From contig JAERSO010000102.1 in assembly GCA_016845585.1 (NCBI GenBank), positions 23,086-87,085 on the forward strand: a stretch of 64,000 nucleotides of DNA, written 5' to 3'. Source of the stretch: Acidimicrobiaceae bacterium (GTDB taxonomy: Bacteria; Actinomycetota; Acidimicrobiia; Acidimicrobiales; Aldehydirespiratoraceae). The notes under the pieces are model-generated. The model worked only from the letters and a program-made list of their open reading frames with translations. It was not told the origin of the DNA and made no database searches. Shown piece by piece: positions 20,042-30,700 of the stretch (within the stretch, counting starts at the first letter, position 1; each line of letters starts with the position of its first letter). The translations under genes were made by a program, and so were the position numbers.

Positions 20042-20887
20042 TCACACCGCTCTCAGACGGCCAAGATACCTGGAGACATCCGGGGGCTGAACCGTGGCGG
20101 CTCGGATCAGTTCATCGAAGTCGTGGATCAGCAATCTGATGTGCTCCGCCGAAGTGAGCACGAGATAGTTGGGCCCGAGGTACAACGCCGCCCGATGAGG
20201 CCCGAAGATCGTGACCGGCGCCGCGTAGCGCTTGGAACCGTCGAAGAGGAACCAGCGGAAGCGGGGGTAGAGCTCGGCCGTCAACTCCGCGATCTGGTCG
20301 AGTTGTTCCCGGCGGTCCTGGAGACTGAGCCTCGACCAGACCCCCTCGCCGTTGACGATCGCGGTGATCGCCTGGATCGGCGAGCAGACCTCGATCTCGG
20401 TGGCCGGGCTTCTCATGAGTGCCCGTCGCTCGACGGAAGCCTCCACCTGCGCTTCGGTGTCGACGGCCGCGTCATCGCGCCGGGCGGATTCGAATCGGAT
20501 GACCGCCTCCGACTTCACCAGATCCGGGATCGTGGACGGCACGTGGCGCACCTTGTGTCCCGTCGTCTCGACGAACCACGAGAGGAGGCGTCCATCGTCC
20601 TGCACGTGCTCGGACAGAGCGAACTCCGTGTCGATCATCCGCGCCTGCATCGGGCCTTCATTCGACAGACCCACCAGCCAGTCGATCGAGACGTCCTGGT
20701 CCTGGGCGAGCGCTACCACCGTGTCGAGACGCGGCAGCCGTTGATTCCGGGGGCTGAGGAGCTGGGTCAACGTCGAGCGATCGACGCCGGCACGCTCCGC
20801 CAAGGCACCGCGGGTCGTGCCCGCATGCTCGATCACGTCGATCAGCCGATCCCGAAAAACCGCGAGGATCGTCTCTTTGTCCACCAT
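20042..20887 (-). CDS. XRE-family HTH transcriptional regulator with a C-terminal extension
   Basis: ALAERAGVDRSTLTQLL...VSIDWLVGL N-terminal HTH; divergent from the desaturase. Confidence 0.8.
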   Translation of the reverse strand: MVDKETILAVFRDRLIDVIEHAGTTRGALAERAGVDRSTLTQLLSPRNQRLPRLDTVVALAQDQDVSIDWLVGLSNEGPMQARMIDTEFALSEHVQDDGRLLSWFVETTGHKVRHVPSTIPDLVKSEAVIRFESARRDDAAVDTEAQVEASVERRALMRSPATEIEVCSPIQAITAIVNGEGVWSRLSLQDRREQLDQIAELTAELYPRFRWFLFDGSKRYAAPVTIFGPHRAALYLGPNYLVLTSAEHIRLLIHDFDELIRAATVQPPDVSRYLGRLRAV

Positions 20888-20993
20888 TGTCTGGAGCATA
20901 TACACCGCAACCGGCGTGTTCGCACCACATATGGCCCGTTTTGTGCCCAAATGCCCATATACGAAGCAATGTCGGGAACGAGACTATGTGTCA

Positions 20994-21959
20994 ATGCCCA
21001 CGCGAACCGGCCTCAGCGAGCGTATGGAGACGCTGCCGTCCGGCGCGCTCGTTCCCGCTGTGTCGCCGCCGCCGAATCCGCCCGGCATTGAGTGGCCCAC
21101 CATCATGGTGATCGCCTGCTTCTTCGGTCTCCTCGGCCTGGTGATCGCATACGGGGAGACGTGGCCACTCCCGATCACGCTCCTCGCGCTCGGGCTACTC
21201 GGCGCCTGGTACGGCTCGATTCAGCACGAAGCCGTACACGGGCATCCGACGCCGTGGCCACGTGTGAACCTGGTGTTGACACAGGCCCCCCTCTGCCTGC
21301 TCTACCCGTTCTGGCTCTACCGCGATCTCCATCTCATCCATCACCGCGACGAGAACCTGACCGACCCAGAACTCGATCCCGAGAGCATGTACGACACCCC
21401 GGGGGACTGGGAGCGGGCCAATCCCGTCTACCGCAGCGTGCGAAACATCAACCAGACACTCATCGGTCGATTGGTGATCGGACCGGCGTTGTGCACTCAC
21501 GCGGTGCTGCGTCACCTCCTTCGGCGCATCCGCACCGGTGACAACCGCGCCGGTGTGGCCCGCTGGGCCGTCGCGGTGACGATCATCCTCTTGTCCGTCG
21601 ACAGCCTCGGGCTCCCGGCGTGGAAGTTCGCACTGGGCTTCGGTTACATCGGACTCTCGATCACCTTCATCCGCTCGTTCGCCGAGCATCGCGCCGTCGA
21701 TGACGCCACGCCGTGTGCCGTGGTGCGCAGTCGCTGGTTCTGGGGGTTGCTGTTCCTCAGTGTCAACCTGCACGTCACGCATCACCACAACCCTTCGCTC
21801 TCGTGGTACGAGGTCCGACGCAAGTACCGCGAGGGACACGATGATCAACTCGCCGCGGACGGCGCCGGCCTCTACTCCGGATATCCGACACTGATCGCCC
21901 GGTTCCTCTTCCGGCGCGTCGAACAGGTGCCGTACCCGCTCTCGCCGATCGCCGACTGA
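20994..21959 (+). CDS. Membrane fatty-acid desaturase superfamily protein
   Basis: Histidine boxes QHEAVHGH, HLIHH, AEH and HVTHH, plus hydrophobic segments. Confidence 0.85.
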   Translation: MPTRTGLSERMETLPSGALVPAVSPPPNPPGIEWPTIMVIACFFGLLGLVIAYGETWPLPITLLALGLLGAWYGSIQHEAVHGHPTPWPRVNLVLTQAPLCLLYPFWLYRDLHLIHHRDENLTDPELDPESMYDTPGDWERANPVYRSVRNINQTLIGRLVIGPALCTHAVLRHLLRRIRTGDNRAGVARWAVAVTIILLSVDSLGLPAWKFALGFGYIGLSITFIRSFAEHRAVDDATPCAVVRSRWFWGLLFLSVNLHVTHHHNPSLSWYEVRRKYREGHDDQLAADGAGLYSGYPTLIARFLFRRVEQVPYPLSPIAD

Positions 21960-21993
21960 CCCGACGCGGTGCCCAACCATCCGGCGGGCCATC

Positions 21994-22523
21994 ATGTCGA
22001 AACGGGGGAAGGAGCCGATCGTGGGAAGGACGCTGACCACCGAGGAGATCGGCGCATTCCATCGCGACGGGTTCGTGTCGCCGATCGACGTGTTCTCCGA
22101 GAGCGATGCGCTCCGCCTTCGACGCGAACTGGAAGCAGCCGAAGCGCGGTGGCCCGAGGCCTTCGTCGGCGCCTCGCGCAACAACGCGCATCTGAATCTC
22201 ATGTGTCTCGACGAGATCGTCCACAACCCGATCCTCGTGGACGCCATCGAGGACCTCATCGGCCCCGACATCCTGAACTACGGAACCGTCCTGTTCATCA
22301 AGGAGCCGGACGATCCCGGGTTCGTCAGCCGGCATCAGGACGCCCGGTACATGGGACTCGAACCAGATGATGCGGTTGCGGTCGAGACGTCTACGGACAC
22401 TTCGATCTCGTCGGCCGCCCCGGATCGGACATGGACCCGCAGGGGTTGGCAGCCCGCGACCACGCGAACCGAACGTGGGCCGACACCCTGTACGACGGCG
22501 CCGATCAGAACCGAGATCTCTAG
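21994..22523 (+). pseudogene. PhyH-family dioxygenase with an internal deletion and frameshift
   Basis: N-half (LFIKEPD, SRHQDARYMGL) runs to about 22370; the C-terminus GRDVYGHF...ANRTWADTLYDGADQNRDL* (stop 22521-22523) is in another frame; the middle with the distal His is missing relative to the paralog at 13527-14366. Confidence 0.8.
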
Positions 22524-22542
22524 GGCGACTCTCCGACGCCGG

Positions 22543-23745
22543 TCAATCGATGACGTGGACGGCCCGGGGGAAGCGAGTGAGGCACTCCACGCCGGTGTCG
22601 GTGACGACCGTGGTCTCGCTCATCTCCATGCCCCAGTCATCCATCCACATGCCGAGCATCACGTGGAGCGTCATGTTCTTCTCGAGCACGGTGTCGTCGC
22701 CACCACGAAGACTGATGGTGTGCTCACCCCAGTCCGGTCCGTACGCCACACCGATGCTGTAACCGATTCGGCTGTCCTTGGTCAGCCCGTACCGGTCGAG
22801 GACCTCCTGCCACGCCCGATGGGTGTCGAGGGCCAGCGCACCCGGCTTGATCACCGACAGGACGGCTTCAAGGCCCTCCTCCACGGCGCGGGCCGTGTCG
22901 AAGAGTTCTCGCGTACCCCGGCCGAGCTGGATCGTGCGGGCGAGGCCGGCGTTGTACCGGTTGCGACAACCACCGAGTTCCAAGGCCACGGTCTGCCCGA
23001 CTTCGAAGACCTCGTCGGTCCACATCGGGTGAGCGGTCATCGCCGCTTCGCCGGCCAGGATCAGTGGGGAGAGCGCAGTGAGATCGCCACCGAATTCCGC
23101 GGTCCCGCCCACCTGCGTGGCGACGATCGCCGACATCAGATCGCACTGGCGTAGGCCGGGTCGGACCGTCTCGTAGGCGGTGGTCATCGCACCCTCCGCC
23201 AGGCGGGCTGCCTGGCGCATGGTGGCCACCTCGGCATCGCTCTTCACCGCACGGCACCAATTGACGAGGAGGTCGGCATCGACCCACCGAGCAGTGGGCA
23301 ATGAGGCCTGCAGACTGATCACCGCCTTGTAAGGCAGGAAGTAGGTGTCGCCCTCGAACCCGATCGTCTTGCCGTCGAGCCCCATCTCCGCCATGTACCC
23401 ACCGGCCACGGTCATCGGATGTGTGCCCACCTGCTGGACACAGTCCTCGGGATACGGGCGGACCTGGTCATCGGCCAGGTACGTCGTCAGCTTCGCCGCA
23501 CCGGCATCCATCTTGCGACCGATCCACACGGGGCCGACATCGTGTTGCACGACCACGATCTGGGGTGTGTAGAAGGACCACGCGTCATAGCCCGTCAACC
23601 AGTTGTGGTTGTTCGGGTCTCCGATCACGAGCGCATCGAGGCCACGGCGCTCCATCTCGGCGCGGACCCTGGCGAGGCGAGCGTCGTACTCGTCCCTACT
23701 GAAAGCGGGCGGCATCCGGCGGCTCCTCGTCGGTTCGGTGGACAT
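22543..23745 (-). CDS. Second DoeA/EutD-like M24-fold hydrolase
   Basis: DPNNHNWLTGYDAWSFYTPQ, AHPMW, SRIGYSIGVAYGPDWGEHT and WMDDWGMEMSE; a divergent paralog of 6329-7513; start may be the second Met (MPPAFS). Confidence 0.82.
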   Translation of the reverse strand: MSTEPTRSRRMPPAFSRDEYDARLARVRAEMERRGLDALVIGDPNNHNWLTGYDAWSFYTPQIVVVQHDVGPVWIGRKMDAGAAKLTTYLADDQVRPYPEDCVQQVGTHPMTVAGGYMAEMGLDGKTIGFEGDTYFLPYKAVISLQASLPTARWVDADLLVNWCRAVKSDAEVATMRQAARLAEGAMTTAYETVRPGLRQCDLMSAIVATQVGGTAEFGGDLTALSPLILAGEAAMTAHPMWTDEVFEVGQTVALELGGCRNRYNAGLARTIQLGRGTRELFDTARAVEEGLEAVLSVIKPGALALDTHRAWQEVLDRYGLTKDSRIGYSIGVAYGPDWGEHTISLRGGDDTVLEKNMTLHVMLGMWMDDWGMEMSETTVVTDTGVECLTRFPRAVHVID

Positions 23746-24616
23746 CCTGGTGGGCGAAGATCGACGTGTAACCGTGGGTCCAGTCGGGTGGCAGGATCAA
23801 CGTCAGCTCCTCATGGTGAGCCAGACCCGGCTCCTCACCGAGGACCAACTCGCCGTAATGCGAGCTGCGGTACGGCGGTGCCGTGTACGGAATCGCATCG
23901 GCGGCACTGTAGGTGATGACGAGGACCGGCCGGCCGCACTCACTGAGGTTCGGCGCTGAGTAGTGAAGGGTGAGTCCGTGGTGAACGCTCACGGTGCCGG
24001 CCGGGCCGATCAGCTCGATGGCCCCGGCGAGATCCTCATGGCGCAGCAGGTCTGGGTCGATCGCACCGGTCCAGGTGCCATCGGGGGCGTAGTGGGAGAA
24101 GATCTCGCCACGATGACTCCCCGGCACGACCATGAGCGGACCGCGGTCAGCCGCGACCGCCTCGAGACCCACGATGAACTGGATCGTGCCCGTGTTGGTG
24201 TGGGGATAGAAGGCCAGATCCTGGTGCCACTCGACGGCTGCTCCCCCTCCCGCCCATTTCAGGTTGGCGAACGCGTCGCGGAATCGGACGTTGGGGCCGA
24301 GGAGGTCGGCCGCGATCTCGACGAGAACGGAATCACGACAGAAACTCCAGAACACGTCGTCGACATCATCGATGCATGCGGCGCGGCGAAGGCGGGGCGA
24401 TGCCGCACTGTGACCTGTGTCGAGGTCGAGGTAGTGGGTGGACTCCGAGACGGAGCGACTCTCCTCGATGATCCCGTCGAGCGCGGCTCGAAGAGGCGCG
24501 AGCTCTTCCGCGCCGATCAGGCCGGGAAACGCCAGATAGCCGTTCGTGTCGTACTCCGCATGCCCATCGGGGCCGATCGCGCGCGGCGGGTGTGCCGTCA
24601 CATCCTCCCAGCGCAC
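23696..24616 (-). CDS. PhyH-family Fe(II)/2OG dioxygenase
   Basis: PRLRR, NLKWAGGG, WHQDLAFYPHTN, PGSH, HHGLTLHYSAPN. Confidence 0.87.
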   Translation of the reverse strand: MRWEDVTAHPPRAIGPDGHAEYDTNGYLAFPGLIGAEELAPLRAALDGIIEESRSVSESTHYLDLDTGHSAASPRLRRAACIDDVDDVFWSFCRDSVLVEIAADLLGPNVRFRDAFANLKWAGGGAAVEWHQDLAFYPHTNTGTIQFIVGLEAVAADRGPLMVVPGSHRGEIFSHYAPDGTWTGAIDPDLLRHEDLAGAIELIGPAGTVSVHHGLTLHYSAPNLSECGRPVLVITYSAADAIPYTAPPYRSSHYGELVLGEEPGLAHHEELTLILPPDWTHGYTSIFAHQDVHRTDEEPPDAARFQ

Positions 24617-24678
24617 ATGACCTCCTCGTCAACCATCAGACCTTCTCCAGGGGTCGAGGAGCGGGCGGACAGTGGTGG

Positions 24679-25791
24679 TCATCCGCGGGTGTAGCCCGCC
24701 ACCGGCTCACCGAGCACAGTCTCGTCGATCACCAGCCCGAGCCCGGGTCCGCCGGCCGGGAGGGTCACTGCCCCGTTCTCCAGACGTGGTCCGTTGCCCT
24801 CGTCGTAGTGGACCTGGTGGTACGGGTGCGAGAGCCATGCCCCCCGACTCAACTGCGAGAGCAGGGTGGCACCGAGTGCCGCGCCCGCGGCCGCGACCAC
24901 GTCGCCTCCCCATGCATCGTCCGCGCTCATCGGTACGGAAGCGGCCATACAGAGGTCCCGCACGGCGCGCATCGTCGACAGTCCCCCGAGCCGGCTGATC
25001 TTCAGGCCGAAGCCGTCAGCGAGCCCGGTCGAGATCATGCGAGCGATCGTGCGGAGGTCCGTGGCGTTCTCATCGACCACGAGCGGGTGATGGAGCTGAG
25101 GCTTGATGATCCGCAATTCGGCCTCGGTCGCACAGGGCTGCTCCATCGACATGCGGATGCCGGCGCACGCGTTGGAGACCTGGATGGCCTCCACCGTCGA
25201 CCAGCCCCGGTTCGTGTCCACAGCGAGGTCGGTTCCGGGGCGGCACACCTCGGCCACCGCGTGGATGCTCCCAATGTCCTCGTGAATCGGTCGGCCACCC
25301 GCCTTCAGCTGCAACCGGGTGATCCCCTCGACCTGCAAACGCTCGGCCTCCGCGGCGGCGTACTCGGGTGAGCCGATGCCGACGACGTGATACGTCATCC
25401 CGCTTCCGTCGACCACCCCACCGAGCAGATCGACGACCGGCGTGTCGAGTCGCTTGCCGGCCAGATCCCAGCAGGCGATGTCGAGCACGGCCTTGGCCTC
25501 GTTGTTGCCGTCGACCGCTGCGTGCATCGCGGTGTTCAGGGTGGCGGTGTTCACCGGGTCGAGCCCGAGCACGACGGGTGCGAGGATCTCGAGTGTGTTG
25601 CGCACGCCGTCGTTGTTCGCGGGCTGCGCGTGGTGGCTGGCAAGGCACACCTCACCGAAACCGACGCGCCCGGCGTCGTCCTCCATGGCCACCACGGTCG
25701 ACATCGGCGTGGCGACCTTCGAACTCGACATGTTGTAGGTCACCACCGCGGGCAGCGGCACCGCGTAGACGCGGATCTCCTCAATCCCCAT
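24679..25791 (-). CDS. hpbD: Enolase-superfamily (hydroxy)proline betaine 2-epimerase-like protein
   Basis: QLKAGGRP, LAVDTNR, EQPC, VDEN, DGFGLKISRLGGL and DDAWGGD closely follow my recollection of HpbD. Confidence 0.75.
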   Translation of the reverse strand: MGIEEIRVYAVPLPAVVTYNMSSSKVATPMSTVVAMEDDAGRVGFGEVCLASHHAQPANNDGVRNTLEILAPVVLGLDPVNTATLNTAMHAAVDGNNEAKAVLDIACWDLAGKRLDTPVVDLLGGVVDGSGMTYHVVGIGSPEYAAAEAERLQVEGITRLQLKAGGRPIHEDIGSIHAVAEVCRPGTDLAVDTNRGWSTVEAIQVSNACAGIRMSMEQPCATEAELRIIKPQLHHPLVVDENATDLRTIARMISTGLADGFGLKISRLGGLSTMRAVRDLCMAASVPMSADDAWGGDVVAAAGAALGATLLSQLSRGAWLSHPYHQVHYDEGNGPRLENGAVTLPAGGPGLGLVIDETVLGEPVAGYTRG

Positions 25792-25809
25792 CGGACAACG
25801 CTCTCACGC

Positions 25810-26691
25810 TCACGACGTAGCGACAACCTCATCGGTCTTCGCCTGCTGCGAGAAGAATGAGGCGCCCGTCGGCACCTCCGGGAACTCCATCTCATACGAC
25901 GAGCAGCGCACCATGTTCGTGGCAACCCCGCGCACGACCTCACCTTGATAGATGCTCGGGATGTGGTTCTCCTGCAGCGGCTTGGAATCCTCGGCGCGGT
26001 ACTCGTTGATGAGCAGGGTGCGCGGGTGGTCAGAGTGGTTCGGTGCGGAGCCGTGGAGGAGTCGGGTGTGCATCAGGACCGCTGACCCTGCGGGTCCGGT
26101 CACCGGAATCGCCCGATCGACATGGGCATCCTCGACCTGCTTGCTGACGGTGCCCGTGTACACGCCCTCGTGCCAGTGGTCGAACAACGGCGAACGATGC
26201 GTGCCCGGCACGACGTTGAGTGGGCCGTTCTCCAGCGTCACATCATCCAGGAAGAACAGGACCGTGATGAGGTCTTCGTTGCTGTGGGGCTGAAACATGA
26301 AGTCCTGGTGGTACTTCACCTCGGTCGACGCCCCCGGCTGCTTCGCATTGATCTTCGCATTGTTGAACGAGACATTCGGCCCGATCAGCTGGGCAACCGC
26401 ATCGAGCGCCCGGTTGTTGCGCATGGCATCGAGGTACGCGTCGGAGACCTCCAGGGGGGAGGCCACACGGCGCAAACGTGGCGTCTCCGCGGTGTGCTCG
26501 GGGGCGATGTCGAACCGAGGGCGACTGGCGAGGGTCTCGCCATACGGCTCGGTGTGCTGACGGCTCTCCTCGACCCAACCGTCGAAGTCGGCGATGAGCG
26601 CCTGCAACTGCTCGCCCGTGACCGCGTTCTCGACGAACGCAAAGCCATCACGCCAGTAGGCGTCAATCTGATCTTGGTTGAGAACGGTCAT
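25810..26691 (-). CDS. PhyH-family Fe(II)/2OG dioxygenase
   Basis: PRLRRVASP, KINAKQPG, YHQDFMFQPHSN, PGTH, MHTRLLHGSAPN, PRTL. Confidence 0.88.
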   Translation of the reverse strand: MTVLNQDQIDAYWRDGFAFVENAVTGEQLQALIADFDGWVEESRQHTEPYGETLASRPRFDIAPEHTAETPRLRRVASPLEVSDAYLDAMRNNRALDAVAQLIGPNVSFNNAKINAKQPGASTEVKYHQDFMFQPHSNEDLITVLFFLDDVTLENGPLNVVPGTHRSPLFDHWHEGVYTGTVSKQVEDAHVDRAIPVTGPAGSAVLMHTRLLHGSAPNHSDHPRTLLINEYRAEDSKPLQENHIPSIYQGEVVRGVATNMVRCSSYEMEFPEVPTGASFFSQQAKTDEVVATS

Positions 26692-26775
26692 GGGGCAAGC
26701 GTACGGACACCCAAGGCACTGGTGAAGCGAATACATTGATGCCTAAGACCCAAGAATCCTGGAGGCTCTGACACC

Positions 26776-27690
26776 ATGACCGGGCAACTCCCACCACTAC
26801 TCGGACTGGAGGCCTTCGAGGTCTCGGCTCGCTACGAGAGTTTCGCCGCGGCAGCGACCGAACTCGCCGTGTCCCAGTCCACGGTCAGCCATCGCATTCG
26901 CTCGCTGGAGGCGTATCTCGGCCATCGACTCTTCGAGCGGCTCCCCCGCGGGGTTCGGCTCACCGAGCGGGGCCGGGCCTACCTCCCGTCGGTTCGTGAT
27001 GCGTTCGAACAGGTCCTGGGATCGACGGCCGGCGTCTTCGGACAGCCGACCAGAGTCCGTCTCACGATGCGCGCCCCTGTGGCCTACAACGCCCTCTGGC
27101 TGCCGCCGTTCGTCGACCGATTCACCGCTGAGCACCCCAACATCGAGATCACGTTGACCAGCTCGATCTTCACCGCGATGCTGAGCGCCGAGGACGTCGA
27201 CCTGGAGCTCTGGCTCGGCAGCGGGAGCTGGCCCGGGTTCCAGAACGAGCTGCTCTTCAACGATCCCTTGATCGTCGTCGCCTCGCCGCGGACCGCCGAC
27301 ACGCTGGTCGACGGCTCCGACCTCGACGAGGTCATCCGGCAGCCGGTCGCCCATGTGATGGGGAGCGAGGATCATTGGGCGAACCTGTTGAGTCTCGTCT
27401 CACGGGAGCGACCCGATGTCGCCCGCGACGTCCGCGTCGACACGAGCATCGTCTCCCTCGGCCAAGTCCTCGCCACGGAGCGGATCGCGTTGGCCCCACG
27501 CCGGCTGGTCGAGACGTTGATTCGACGAGGCGACCTCGTTCAACTCCTCGATGTCGAGGTCGCCCCCGTCGAGAGTCTCTACCTCACCGTTCCGCAGCGC
27601 GACACGAGGGCGAAGGCCCAGGCCCTTCTCTTCCGAGACTGGCTCCTGGAACGCGGTCGTCCCGAAAGCGCTGGTTCCCCCCCGCCGTGA
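26776..27690 (+). CDS. LysR-family regulator (GcvA-like)
   Basis: LPPLLGLEAFEVSARYESFAAAATELAVSQSTVSHRIRSLE...LFERLPRGVRLT; divergent from the PhyH-HpbD operon. Confidence 0.92.
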   Translation: MTGQLPPLLGLEAFEVSARYESFAAAATELAVSQSTVSHRIRSLEAYLGHRLFERLPRGVRLTERGRAYLPSVRDAFEQVLGSTAGVFGQPTRVRLTMRAPVAYNALWLPPFVDRFTAEHPNIEITLTSSIFTAMLSAEDVDLELWLGSGSWPGFQNELLFNDPLIVVASPRTADTLVDGSDLDEVIRQPVAHVMGSEDHWANLLSLVSRERPDVARDVRVDTSIVSLGQVLATERIALAPRRLVETLIRRGDLVQLLDVEVAPVESLYLTVPQRDTRAKAQALLFRDWLLERGRPESAGSPPP

Positions 27691-27716
27691 CCATGCGCCG
27701 ACTAGCGTCGGCGGCA

Positions 27717-30700
27717 ATGGGGAACCACAGTGGTGCGGACGCGTCGACGGTGGAGGCAGTGGAGCACGTTGTCGCTCACGCCCGCGCTTCTGGCGGCGAT
27801 CAAGCGGGAGTCGACGAGGCATACCTCCGGTGCTATTTCGCACATATCGACGAGAACGACCTGGCGGATCGAGCGCCCGGCGATCTCTTCGGCCTCGCCG
27901 CCGATCACGCGCAGCTCGCCGCGGATTGGACGCGCGGCACGACGGCCATCTCGGTCGTCAACCCGCGGATCGACGTCGATGGATGGGAGAACTCCCGCAC
28001 CGTCGTGATGCTGGTGGCCGACGATATGCCCTTCATCGTCGATTCGGTGACCAACGAGTTGAGCCGGATGAACCTCGGCATACATCTCGTCGTGCACCCC
28101 ATTCTCACCGACCTGCGCCAGGACGGCGGAGGGTTCGCCGACCCCCGAGACCACCCGGACGTGATTCACCGCAACGCCTCGTTCATGTCGATCGAGGTCG
28201 ATCGGCAGCTGGAGGCGGAGTCCCGCGCCGCGATCGAAGCGGGCTTGGATCGGGTACTGGACGACGTCGCCGCCGCGATCGACGACTGGGCCGCCATGAG
28301 GGACCGGATGTTGGAGATCGCCGACGGCCTGTCGTCCGAGCCCATTCCGCGATCGCCCGAGGAGGTCGGCGACACCCAGGAGTTGCTCGATTGGCTCAGC
28401 AACGACCACTTCGTCTTCCTCGGGTACCGCGAGTACACACTCGACGGCGACCTCCTGGGCGCAGACCCCGCCACGGGACTCGGCATTCTCCGCACCACTC
28501 CCGAGACGGCACCCCAGCCCCGGCTCCTCAGTGAGATGGCCCCGCGCGCCGCCGCCCTCGCTCGAGCTCCGGAGTTGTTGAACATCACGAAGGCGAGGGC
28601 CAAGTCGACCGTTCACCGAGCCGCGCACCTCGACTACATCGGCATCAAGATGTTCAATGACGACGGCGAGGTCACCGGTGAGCGGCGGTTCCTCGGCCTG
28701 CTCACCGCGGAGGCCTACACCAGACCCACGTCACAGATTCCGATCCTGCGGCGCCTGGTGGCCGAAGTCGTCCAGCGCTCCGGGTTCCCCCCGAACGGGC
28801 ACGATCAGAAGCGACTGATCACGATTCTCGAGGAGTACCCGCGCGACGAACTCTTCCAGATCAGTGTCGACCAATTGTTCGACACGGCGATGGCGATCGC
28901 CCGTCTCCAGGAACGTCGCCGGGTCCGGCTGTTCGCTCGTCCCGAGCTCTTCGGCCGGTTCGTGACCTGCATGGTCTACATGCCACGCGATCGCTACAAC
29001 ACGGATTCCCGAACGGGGATCCAGGACCTGCTTCTCGACGCCTACGGCGGTACCCACGCCGACTGGAGCACCGATATCTCCGAAAGCGTGCTCGCGCGCA
29101 CGATCTTCCACATACGGGTCGACGATGGTGTCGTCAACGAGGTCGACACCGCCGAGCTCGAAGCGAAGATCGAGGAGATCGTCCGTGACTGGCAGGACGA
29201 TCTCATCGCCGAACTCCTGCGCGATTTCGGTGACGATCATGGCGCGGCCATCGCCCAGCGCTACGCCGAGGCGTTCGCGGTCGACTACCGCGAAGCCTTC
29301 ACCCCCCGAGCTGCAGCCGCCGACGTGCACCAGCTCGAGGACCTTCGTGACAACGGTGAACTCCACCTGAGTGTGTACCGAGAACCGGGGCAGCCGCGCA
29401 ACGCGTTCAAGATCAAGCTCTACCGAAGTGGAGAACAACTCTCACTGACGTCGGTGATGCCCATTCTCAACAACCTCGGCGTGACGGTGCTCGACGAGCG
29501 ACCGTACGAGGTCCGGCCGAACGACGCCGACTCGATCTGGGTGTACGACTTCGCCCTCGAGTCGCCCGCGGACTCACTCGACTTCGCACAGGTCTCCGCT
29601 CTGCTCGCCGAGACATTCGATGCCGTGTGGCGCGGCGATGTCGCCAACGACGGGTTCAACCGCTTGGTTCTGGGCGCAGCGATGGGGCCCCGCGAGGTCT
29701 GGGTGTTGCGCGCCTACTCCCGCTACCTCCAACAGACCCGCGTTGCCCACAGCCAGCTCTTCGTCGAGCAGACACTCGTCGAGCACGCCGACGCGGCCCG
29801 CCTCCTGGTCGAGTTGTTCGAGGCCCGGTTCGACCCGGCCGGCGACGACGGCACCCGGTACGACCGTATGGAGCCGCTGAGTCGGGCGTTCTTCGAGCTC
29901 GTGGACGAGATCAGCAGCCTCGACCAGGACCGAGTCCTGCGCCGCTTCCACAATCTGATCGAGAGCACCCTGCGGACCAACTGCTACCAGACCATCGACG
30001 GAGCGTCGCCGCCCTACCTTGCGTTCAAGCTCGACCCGAAGACGATCACCGATCTGCCCGAACCACGGCCGAAGTACGAGATCTACGTCTATTCCCCACG
30101 CTTCGAGGGCGTCCATCTGCGCTCCGGCACGGTCGCTCGTGGCGGATTGCGATGGTCGGATCGCCTCGACGACTACCGCACCGAGGTGCTCGGCCTGGTC
30201 AAGGCCCAGATGGTCAAGAACGCGGTCATCGTTCCGTCCGGGGCCAAGGGTGGGTTCGTGCTCAAACGAGCGCCCACCGATCCCGCGGAGCTGCGTGAGG
30301 AGGTCGTCACCTGCTACCAGCTGTTCGTGTCGGCCCTGCTGGATCTCACCGACAATCTCGTCGATGACGCGGTGATCCCTCCCGAGGACACGGTCCGCTA
30401 CGACGGTGACGACACCTACCTCGTCGTGGCCGCCGACAAGGGGACGGCCACGTTCTCCGACATCGCCAACGAGCTCGCGATCAACCGGGGTATGTGGCTC
30501 GGCGACGCGTTCGCGTCGGGCGGCTCCAACGGGTACGACCACAAGGCGATGGGAATCACGGCCCGGGGCGGCTGGGAGTCCGTGAAGCGCCACTTCCGCG
30601 AGCTCGGCCGCAACATCCAGGAGGAGCCGTTCACGGCCGTCGGGATCGGCGACATGTCGGGCGACGTGTTCGGCAACGGAATGCTGCTCTCGCCGTTCAC

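Noticed and set aside
22370-23154. C-terminal continuation of the 386-aa ORF 21994-23154
   Set aside because: Out-of-frame readthrough after the deletion, running antisense into the DoeA-like gene
22543-23745. DddP DMSP lyase or Xaa-Pro aminopeptidase
   Set aside because: Motifs (WLTGYDxWSFY, YxPDWGE, DDWGxExxE) match the DoeA/EutD subfamily
27375-27716. N-terminal extension of the 1720-aa gdh ORF
   Set aside because: Overlaps the LysR gene in another frame and is Arg/Pro-rich noise; ATG 27717 is the more plausible start
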